64,000 nt of DNA, taken from a virus. Positions 1 through 10,200 of this stretch are shown here, in pieces (the stretch's first letter is position 1; each line of letters starts with the position of its first letter). Location of the stretch: the IMG/VR virus record IMGVR_UViG_3300023491_000002. One strand, given 5' to 3'. Position numbers and translations under genes: made by a program. The notes under the pieces were generated by a model, which saw only the letters and a list, made by a program, of their open reading frames with translations, did no database searches and had not been told where the DNA came from.

Positions 1-1
1 T

Positions 2-1216
2 ATGAAACATAAAGGTTATCTTGAAAGTTCTCTTCCGGTCAAATCTATGATGCTTGGTAGAATGCTTTCTCTAACTGACCGTAGTACTTATGCAATTGAT
101 CGTAATACTAATGGACGTAACGCTGAGAAAGCTAATGCTGATCTTCAAAGAACTAATGCACAAATTGCTGCAATTCAAAATGAACTCGCACAACTCTATA
201 ATCTTCAAGAAAGTATGAAAGCTGAATCTGGTATGGAAGCTGAACCTATTGAAGCACGTTGTGGCGGTAAAATTAGAAGATATTATGATGGTGGTCAAAT
301 TGTTGATATTCCTATTTCTACTTATGGTACTCAACGGGATAATAGCGGGAATTATGCTACGGGACAAGAAATAACTTTTACATCTAATGATAAAACTCAA
401 ATTCAAAATCCTTTAACTATTATTCAACAAGGTTTGCGTTGTGGTGGTAGAACTCGCAAATATGCTGATGGTGGCTTTATAAGTCCGGGATTTGTTTCTG
501 AAGTTGGTGGTAATCTTATTGGTGGTATAAGTCAATTTATAACTAATAAAGGTTTAATTGATCGTATGGAAAGTATGCGAGTTCCTGAAATTCCTCTTAT
601 GGATCGTGTAGAACTAGAAACTGATATAAATACTGACGCTGAAATTGGAGATATTAATAATACTGTTCGTAGTCTTGAAAAATATATTACAAGTAATAGT
701 TCTAATTCTCAAGTTGCTCGTCAGTCTATATTGCTTGCTAGAACTCAAGGTTCTCGTATGCGTAGTAGAGTTAAACAAGATGAACATAATAAAGAAGTTG
801 AGCTTCGTAATCGTTCTCGTATAGCTAACGCTGAAATTGCTGCTAGAAATAGTCAAATTAGAGCTGAGAATGAAGCTAATAAATTTAGTCATCAAATGGA
901 AATTATTCAAAAAAGAAGTCAGAATAGTGCTATTTTATCTAATATGATTTCTAAAATTGGTAGTGCTATTAATTCTACTCAACAACTTAAATTTGATAAA
1001 GAAAATCTTCAAAATGAAATGCTTTCTAATGTAATTAAAGATCAAAATTCTTTATCTTTTGTTGCTCAACATTTTGATGATGAAACTCTAAAAAATTTAT
1101 TAGGAAGCAATGGTCTAAAAGCTATTATTTCTTATCGTAAAAGATTAAATACAAATACCAATCTTACAACAAAAAATAAAACATCTATTAGTAAAAATAG
1201 ATATAAAGGTATTTGA
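2..1216 (+). CDS. Partial (5'-truncated) virion/tail-associated protein with a coiled-coil C-terminal half; contains an internal duplicated motif RCGG[KR]xR[RK]Yx DGG
   Basis: Long ORF running off the window start, TGA stop at 1214-1216. Asn/Gln/Ser-rich coiled-coil-like composition typical of phage structural proteins. Duplicated segment at 256-297 and 436-477. Confidence 0.7.
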   Translation: MKHKGYLESSLPVKSMMLGRMLSLTDRSTYAIDRNTNGRNAEKANADLQRTNAQIAAIQNELAQLYNLQESMKAESGMEAEPIEARCGGKIRRYYDGGQIVDIPISTYGTQRDNSGNYATGQEITFTSNDKTQIQNPLTIIQQGLRCGGRTRKYADGGFISPGFVSEVGGNLIGGISQFITNKGLIDRMESMRVPEIPLMDRVELETDINTDAEIGDINNTVRSLEKYITSNSSNSQVARQSILLARTQGSRMRSRVKQDEHNKEVELRNRSRIANAEIAARNSQIRAENEANKFSHQMEIIQKRSQNSAILSNMISKIGSAINSTQQLKFDKENLQNEMLSNVIKDQNSLSFVAQHFDDETLKNLLGSNGLKAIISYRKRLNTNTNLTTKNKTSISKNRYKGI

Positions 1217-1271
1217 ATTTAAAATAATATAAATCATTATGTTATTGTTAAATGAATTGAGATAATAATTA

Positions 1272-1312
1272 CACCCTCTATTGTTAATTCAATAGAGGGT
1301 ATTATTGTTTAT
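1272..1312 (+). terminator. Rho-independent terminator
   Basis: CCCTCTATTG-ttaatt-CAATAGAGGG (10-bp perfect stem) followed by TATTATTGTTTAT. Confidence 0.7.
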
Positions 1313-1327
1313 ATAAATATTTATATT

Positions 1328-4270
1328 ATGGCAATTAGATTAAAATATGCAGATCTTACATATGTTTCAATACCTGATGCAAAACAATTAGATTTAAGTT
1401 CTTTGCGTTCTTTTGGACAAGCTTTTACAGCTACTGCTGATAATCTGCAAGAACGTGCTATTCGTAATGAAAACGCATATAATGAAATGGCTATTAAGAT
1501 GTCTGAATATAATGCGATTCAAGGTGCAGATGAAGAAGCTCTTGCAGGTAAAATTAATGAAACTCAAGAACACATTAAAGTTAAAGTTGATGAAGATGGA
1601 GGATGGTTCTTTGCTGATACAGCTGTTAGCGATGGTGCTCGTAGATTTTTAACTGATGAAGGAGTTAAAACTATTCTTGGTAATAAAACTCAATTTGATG
1701 CTATGATGCAAGCTAATGAACAATCTGACGCTTCAGAAGAATATAAAGCATTAAATAGAGCTATGATTCTTAAACGGTTTAATGATGCAGGAGGTAGTTT
1801 AGGAGGTAATGGTAAACAATCTATTAGTTCTTTTGGTACAGCTCTTGGTTCAGGTCATGATAGAGAAGCTTTACGTAAAGAAATGCTTGAATACTTTAAA
1901 GCTATGAAATCTGATGAAAAAGTTATTTATAGTGAACAATTCCGTAAACAAGCTATAGATTTAATGAATAATCCTACAATTGATGCTGTTACTAAATCTA
2001 CTCTAAAAACTTTATCTAATCCTACTCTTCATGGATTTCAAAGTTTTACTAAAACTATCGAAGGTATAGGAGATGATAGATTAATAAATGTTGCTAAAGC
2101 CATTGTATCTAACAATAGTAAATTTAAAAATGCTTTATTAAAAGAAGCAGAATTAAATCTATTTGCTCTAGAACAAAAAGGTATTACACCTAGTAATGCT
2201 GTAAAAGACAATATATATTCTACAGCTTTTACTGATTCTAATATTTTAAAAACTTTAGTAATAAATTCTCCTGAATATAAAAATGCTAATAGTAATGAAA
2301 AGATTGTATTGCTTAATGCTATAAACAATCCTAATAGTATTTATATAAAAGAATTAATAGATAGAAATTATAGCTTTTTAAATCAAAATCCTAATGAAAC
2401 TGAATCTGATTATGAAGCTAGATTATCTAATTTTTATAAAGCTAATTATATAGATTCTGAAATATCTAATGTGGCTACTTATTTATTGCCTATGAGATAT
2501 ACTAAAGAGAAACTTGATGTAGATAATAAATTCTTTGAAAGTCTATTTAATAAGCAACTAGAAAAGTCTGAAGATACTTCTAAAATACTTACTAGAGAAA
2601 GAGATGGTTTAGTTGGAACAATAGTTAATCTTCCTAGTATGACTTCTGAACTAGAAGCAAATCGTAAAACAAGATTACTTAATCAAACTTCTCAACATTC
2701 AAGAAATATATCTGAATTAGAAAGATTTAATAACTATTTAGCTAAAAAGTCTACTAATGGAGAAAATATAACTAAAGAAGATGAAGATAAATTAAAAGCT
2801 CTTAACCTTAGAGTTCAAGAATCTCAAAGTATAATCAATAACATTCTTTCTGAATATGATGCTTATAAAGGTGGTATTCCAACAAATAAAGAAGATAAAG
2901 CAAATTTAAGCTTAGCACTTCAAAAGAGTATTAAAGAATATTATGATGTATTTAATCGTGTTGGAATTTTTGGAAGTTTAACTAATGTTATCAATGAAGA
3001 AACTTCTAACTTAGATGAAAATGGAAATCCTATTAAAGGTACAGGCGTTGATCTTAGAGATGATGTTAAATTTAATGCAAATGATAAAACTCAGAAACAT
3101 ATAGATGAATATCTTCATATAAAAGATATAAGTTATATATTAAGTAATTCAGATACTCCAGAGGAAGGTATTAAAAAAGCCACAAAGTTTATAAAAAATA
3201 GTAGCAAAACTAATCCTTATGTAAAAGAGTTTGCAGATAATATATCTAAAACATTTGGGGATATTAGTACTGGATTAACTTCTATTCTAATGGGTAATCT
3301 GATTGAAAACTATGGTAATGAAACTAATATGATTCAGTCTAATCCTGGAGTTGTTATTGGTATATCCAAACCTACAGAAACAGGTATTGTAAGTACTGTT
3401 AGAAATAATATAGCTTATAAAATTGAAAATCATCCTGAAGCATTTACTATTATTGATAATCAATTGTTAGATGATGATGATTTAGAGTTAGATGCTGAAT
3501 CCGTTGGTGTTCCTATAGATTTGAATAATGAATCTCTTAGGAAATTCTTATATACTGAAGATAAAGGTACAGATAAGAACCCTAAATATTCTAAATCAGA
3601 TATTACTTATGAACTTATGGAATTGAGTGATGGTCGTAAAGCACTTAATCTTATAAAGAATGTTCAAGGTTTTAATAATGTTAGACAGAAACTCACTATT
3701 GTTGCGAATAATGATGCTGATCAGAATACTATAGATGAATTTGAATTAGCTATGCGTATGACTTCTGCATTCGATATGGCTGATAGACCTAATGCTGATA
3801 CAAAATTTATATTTGATGCTATGTCTACACATCATGGTGGAAGTTTAACTTTTGGTCCAGATCCTTCCAATGCTATTCAAATGAATGATGCTTCTGCATA
3901 TAATATTGTTGAATATAATGGAAGATATTATAATAATGTTAAGTCGTTATTAAATGCTTTTGTTAAAAATCCTATAACAAATGTAGATAAAACTATATAT
4001 CATAATAATTTTAGAATTACATTTAGTAAAGATTCAAATAATAATTTTACTACTCAAATTGATACGTATGATAGTACAACAAATTCATTTGAGCTTACAG
4101 ATAAATTTATAAGTGATAATTCTGAAGACTTTATTAATAATACACAACGTAGATTAAGCGTTATATCATCTATATTAGATTATAAAGATGCTTATAGATT
4201 AACTAAAGAACAATTAGATAATCTTACTAAGTTTAATGCTAATATGTCTACAGCTAATTTTAATTATTGA
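1328..4270 (+). CDS. Hypothetical large virion protein (980 aa), no recognisable catalytic motif
   Basis: ATG at 1328 preceded by a hairpin terminator. Uninterrupted 980-codon ORF ending TGA. Same strand and immediately upstream of the giant ORFs. Confidence 0.8.
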   Translation: MAIRLKYADLTYVSIPDAKQLDLSSLRSFGQAFTATADNLQERAIRNENAYNEMAIKMSEYNAIQGADEEALAGKINETQEHIKVKVDEDGGWFFADTAVSDGARRFLTDEGVKTILGNKTQFDAMMQANEQSDASEEYKALNRAMILKRFNDAGGSLGGNGKQSISSFGTALGSGHDREALRKEMLEYFKAMKSDEKVIYSEQFRKQAIDLMNNPTIDAVTKSTLKTLSNPTLHGFQSFTKTIEGIGDDRLINVAKAIVSNNSKFKNALLKEAELNLFALEQKGITPSNAVKDNIYSTAFTDSNILKTLVINSPEYKNANSNEKIVLLNAINNPNSIYIKELIDRNYSFLNQNPNETESDYEARLSNFYKANYIDSEISNVATYLLPMRYTKEKLDVDNKFFESLFNKQLEKSEDTSKILTRERDGLVGTIVNLPSMTSELEANRKTRLLNQTSQHSRNISELERFNNYLAKKSTNGENITKEDEDKLKALNLRVQESQSIINNILSEYDAYKGGIPTNKEDKANLSLALQKSIKEYYDVFNRVGIFGSLTNVINEETSNLDENGNPIKGTGVDLRDDVKFNANDKTQKHIDEYLHIKDISYILSNSDTPEEGIKKATKFIKNSSKTNPYVKEFADNISKTFGDISTGLTSILMGNLIENYGNETNMIQSNPGVVIGISKPTETGIVSTVRNNIAYKIENHPEAFTIIDNQLLDDDDLELDAESVGVPIDLNNESLRKFLYTEDKGTDKNPKYSKSDITYELMELSDGRKALNLIKNVQGFNNVRQKLTIVANNDADQNTIDEFELAMRMTSAFDMADRPNADTKFIFDAMSTHHGGSLTFGPDPSNAIQMNDASAYNIVEYNGRYYNNVKSLLNAFVKNPITNVDKTIYHNNFRITFSKDSNNNFTTQIDTYDSTTNSFELTDKFISDNSEDFINNTQRRLSVISSILDYKDAYRLTKEQLDNLTKFNANMSTANFNY

Positions 4271-4274
4271 TATT

Positions 4275-7200
4275 ATGCCTATTGATTTTGATAAATTAGA
4301 AAGCATACAAAGAAAATCTACTTATGCCCCTAAAGATAAGTATAAAAGATCTTCTTTTAATCCTAATGCTTATAGTATAGATAATAAATTACTACTCAAT
4401 TTAAGAAAACATTCTGGAAATAGTCAAAATATAGTTCCCGGTAATGTTAATGCTTATATTGAAGCTAGAGCTAGAAATCAATCTACTTGGGATCGTATTG
4501 GTAACTCTCTTGTTCAAACTGTTGGAGAAATAATTGGTGGTACAATTGAAAGTGCAGGTTCTATACTTGCACTTCCCTCTAAACTCATAGATAGTGATGA
4601 AGCTTATACTCGTAATTTTTTAGAAAGACTAGGTAATTCCATTAATGAAGGTACTAGAGAAGCATTTCCTATTTATATGACTGAACAAGCTCAAACGGGT
4701 AATTTATTAGATCGCATGAAAGGTGGTGGTTATTGGGCTTCAATAGTTCCATCTATTTTAGGTAGTGCTGCTAGTATAATGCTTCCAGCTCGTGGAGCTT
4801 CGTTATTATTAGGTAAAGCTTTTAGAAGTGCTGTTAATCTAGGAAGTAAATCTAAATATATTAAAGATTTATTTAAGTTGGGTACAAAACTACAAAAAGC
4901 TAAAGCTCTAAACAGAGCTAATAAAATAGCAGATATTTATGGTTCTGCTGTTATAGGACGTATTCTAGATTCATCTCGTGAAGCTTATGGTACTTATGAA
5001 CAAGAACGTGAATGGTTTCTTAATAATTATAAGAACTATGTTGAACGTGATGAAAATGGTAATGCTATTCTTAAAGCTCCGGGATTAGAAGAAGTTCCTC
5101 TAAATGATACTAATATTGAAAGTATTGCTGATAGATATGCAGATAATGCAGCTTCTAAAGGTTATTGGAGATCTATGTCTAATATAGCTTATGACGTAGT
5201 TGAATGGATGAATATCTTAGGTACTGCTAAAACTCTTACTAAAGCTACTAGAGATAACATTCGTAAAGCTATGGCAACTGGTGATAAATTTGCTATAGTT
5301 CGTACATTAAATGCTATACCCAATGCTGATAAAGGTCAAATTCTTAGAGCTATTGGAGGTTTCGCTGGAGGTTCTCTTGCTGAAATGGCAGATGAAATGA
5401 CTATGAGTATTGCGATGCAAGAAGGTACTCATGCAGCTCGTAAAGATTTTGGTTTACTTTCTGATACTGACGCTCTTACTGATTTTAGCATGAGAGTTAG
5501 TAGTTATCTTAAAGATCCTGATATTTGGACTGAAGGTATTGGAGGTCTTTTAGGTGGTGCTGGTATGCAAGCAATAATGCCATTTATTGAAACTAAGATC
5601 AATAAACGTGGTATTGAAAGAGAACATGAATATCTTAAAGGTATTGAACGTGCTACAGAAGCTATGCGTTCAGGTCTTGATGGTATTGTTGAATCTCTTG
5701 CAGAAGGTGATATTGTTGGTGCTAAACTGAAAGAACAAGAAGCTATTCTTAATCAAGTTGCAGCTAATAGTCTTGATGGTTCACTTGAGTTCTATAAAGA
5801 GATGCTTAGAAATATGAGTGCTTCTCTTAAAGAAATTCAATCTATTAAATATAGAAAAGATAGAGGTGAAGCTATTAGTGCCGAAGAACAAATTGCACTT
5901 GATAAAGGTGAATCTTTACTTGCAAATGCTGATTACTTTGAACAGACTCTTAATAAGATTGAAGCTGTTGAAGATATTTACAATAAACATTTCGATGCAG
6001 TCAATGGCACTACCGACAAAAATCTCTATGAATATCAACGTCGTATTGCTACTCTTGAAGCTCAAAAAAGACTTAATGAACTAGAACTCGAAGCTATTAC
6101 AGCTAATCCTGCTGAATATCAAAAGCGTGCTGCTGAATCTAAAGAGTATCTTAGTAATTATGTTGATTCTAAATATACAGACGATAATATTCGTATAGCT
6201 AAGAAAGCTGATATAAATACTTATGCTGAAAATAATGCAACTCTTGAAGATGCTAAAGCTGCATTAAGTGTTTACGATAAAATGATTGCTAGTCTTAAGA
6301 AACAAATAAGTGAACTTGAAAATGCAATCACTAATGCTCCTAAAGATGCTACTGCTGAACAATTATTAGGTCTTAAAATAGCTCTTAAAGGTGCTAATAG
6401 TAAACTTGAATCTTACAATAAAACTCTTAGTGATATTAGTAATATTCGAGATACAGCGACTAAAAACATTGAAGCTCTTAATTTAAATAAAGATGATAAA
6501 GAGGCGGCTCAACAAGCTAGAACTCTTTTATCTAATCTTACTAATCCGGAAGAAGCTAAACGATTCTATGAAAATAGAAGAACTGCTATTGATGCTGAAC
6601 TTGATTATTATCGTAATGGTAATGGATTTGAAGATATTAAAGATCAAATAAAATTATATGAAGATGAAATCAAAGCTTCTACTGATAAAGATCTAACTGA
6701 TGAACTTAATACGTATCAAACTTCTGAAGCTTTACAAGCAGATGAATCAAAGTTCTCTAATTCAGACACAAGAAAAGCCGTATATAATGCCCGTCTTGCT
6801 AGACTGCAAAAACAAGAATCTGACACTAAAGCTGCTAATGCTCGTAGAGAAGCTGCACTCAAAGCAGAACAAGAACGTCAAGTGAGACAACAAAAAGAAC
6901 GTGATGCGCTTGCAACAGAAGAAGATTCAAATGCTGCACCGATAGGTAGTGGTACATTCGGTAGATCTTATAGAGAATTTGAAGGTGTTAAACCTTTATC
7001 CAATGAAGCTTCTAGTCTCTATAATGCACTTATGTCTGAATCTCAAGTTACAGATTCACCTCTTGCTAACGTTATTGAGAATAGACGTAAAAGCAAATCT
7101 CTTACTTCTAAAGATGCAATGCTTCTTGAAGAAATTAAAGAATTCAATGATGCTACTAATAGAGCTTTAGATAATTCATTTGATACTCTTACGACTACAA

Positions 7201-10200
7201 ATCTTAAATGGATTGTTACTCGTATTGCTGCTAAATACTCTATATTCGATAATATATTCTTTGGTCGTAGATTCAATTGGATTGACGCTGTTACTAAAAC
7301 AGAAGTTGAATATGCACCTAGCATAAATAATGGTGATCTTAGTGCTGAACTTAATAGTTATTTGTGGCATCTTAGTCGTTATACTGCTCAAGTTCTTGAA
7401 CAAAGTGGTAGACCTCTGCCTAGTTTCTTAGCTGATGTTCACTTCGGTTTAAGTGAGACTACAAAGAGTGATATTAATGCTCTTACTAACAAAATTATGC
7501 AGGAAGCTAAGAGTATGCAAATTAAATTTGATATTATCAATAATACTATAGAAGATAATTTAGGTCGTAAGAATTCTAAATATGCTTTATATGTATCTAT
7601 TGGTGGTGTTGAATATAGAGTGCTTAATACTCCGAATCCTCGTAAAGATGTTGGTATTGTTATTGAAGGTTTTGAGAATCAACTTAATCGTTATGTGCTT
7701 ACTCCCGCTAATATGGCAACTCCTAACGATGATTATATTCTCATTGCTAGACAAACACAAAGCTCCGCTCCTGACCAGTCCTTGCCTCCTACCGGGGGCT
7801 ACAAAGCTCAACAGAGTTCCACTGATGAAACTATTACTCCTAAAACTGAGATTACAGAGACTGTTTCTAGTGCTAATGGTATTACTACTGAATTTGTAAG
7901 TGATGAAAGTTCTACTAATACCGATGATGCGCCAATCGAGTTTGTAACGGCTTCAAATCAGCCCCTTATAGACTTCAAAATAGAGGGTATTGATACTAAA
8001 TCCATGCTTGAATTTTTAATGTCTCTAATGAGCCAAGAAGGGGTAAATTTGGCACTATTTGACACGGATTTGATAAACGCTTTAGTGCTGATTCCAAAGC
8101 TACTTAGAAACACTAAAGTTGGTAGTAAGTATGCTTCTGATGCTTATATTAAAGCCCTAATGAATAAGTACTTTACAGACGCTAAACTTACTGGTGTTGA
8201 AACTAAGATTATTGAAACTGCTAAGAAAGTCGCAGCTGCTGTTAGTATTAACATTGACGAAGGTGGAAATTCAATTCGACTAAATACTGCTGAAAATTGT
8301 CGTAATGCTATCAATGCTCTTGATAATCTTAAGAGTTTATATAAAGATGAATCTAAATGGTTATCAGATATGCAATCTCTTACAGATGCTCTGAATACTG
8401 TTTATGAATCTGATCTTGTTGCTAAGTTTGCACAAGTTCTTACTCAATCTAAAGATTATAATTCTAATGCTATTGCCATACGTCTTGATGAAACGCTTCA
8501 TAACAAATTTGCTATGATTGCTCAAGACTTAGGTGGTATCTTTGTTGATAATCTTAATCTCTTTGGTACACTTGTTGCTTTTATTAGTGATAGAAGTGGT
8601 TTTAGAATTAATAAGATTAACTATTATGATCTTGTTAATGGTATGCGTGAATATCGTGGTGATAACTACAAAGAACTCATACCCGAAATCATGTCTATTA
8701 TGAATATTACTAATTATCTTCATAATGAATTTAAGAATAGACGTGATTACTATAGTGCTAGATTTGCAGTAACTAAAGATGCTACTTATAAAGAGCTTTA
8801 TAATAATTATAGTTTCTTTTATGATCTTATAGATGTTGCTCCTACTAATGGTTTACCTTTAACAGAAGCTCAAGTTCTTGATTTTATTAATCGTACACCT
8901 GAGATTAAAGGTAAAACATATCATGAAGGTCTAGATATTAACTTTAGTCCTAACGGTGCTCCTGAGAATATTCTAGGTAATAGTACTGCTACTAACTTAG
9001 GTATTTATGAGTTACTTGATGGTATTAAAGAAGGTGATGAGGTTACTGTAGTTCAAACTGATTTAGAAGAAAATCCTAATAGAGCTTCTTATGATGTTGT
9101 AATGAATCGTAATGGTAAAGAGTATAAATTAGGTTCTATTCCTAAACTCGAAACTATTACAAATGGTATAGCGTATACAATTCAAGGTGCGAATGGTGTG
9201 TATTATCCACGTAAATTTGCATTTACTGATGATATGGCTAAAACCTTTGCTGAATATCAAAGAGAGCTATTTAGATTCATGTATCATTACGATATTGCTT
9301 TTAATCCTCGTAATAATATATCTGCTAAAGACAGAGAGAACTCTGAACGTAACATTGATATTATCTTTGATCAGTTTAGAAAAGATCGCTTTAAGAAGCT
9401 AATGGATACACTTAAAGAACTTGTGTATTCTAATCTTACATATAAGCAGATTAAAGATATTATGAATAGCCAGACAATGATCGGGGTTGTTGATTCTGAA
9501 TATACAGGTGATACTGACGGTGAAATTTCTATTGATAATGTAGCTCTTTCATTTAATCAAATATATCAAATTTGTACTGATTTATTTCCTGCTTCTAGGA
9601 TTAATCATTCAAATATGGATAGTATTATGAATGCTACGGCTATTACGAAACATTTCAATGACGCTGTTAATCGTCATGAAATGATCTTCCGTAATAATCA
9701 AGCTATTCGTAATGATATTCGCTTTACAGGTTCTAATACTTTTAGAATAAGTCATATTAGTGCTGGTAGAATACTAATTAATGATGAAGCTCGCAACGAA
9801 GATCATGAGGCTAAACATGGATTACCTATTATGCATCATCGTAATTCTTTATTAGATTCTATTAAGCCTACTAAAGATGTTCTTGATTCTAAAGGTAAAC
9901 CTAGAGTTCAAATACTAGCTATTGATGAGAATGGTGTTGGTAAAGATCCTAAAACTGGTGGTATTGTTCAGAATATAGATAAGTTTGCAACACCTCATGT
10001 AGCTGATACTTTTATTGGTAATAGACGTCATGAAGTTGTTGTTATACCTCAAACTGATTCACTTAATACTGTATTCCCTATATATCCTAATACTATTATG
10101 GGTTCTATCACCGATGAAACAGAAGAAGCTCGTATTAGTAAATTAGGTAAATATACAAAATATATTGGTGATGCTATTAAAGAAATTCTTGCTCTTAATA

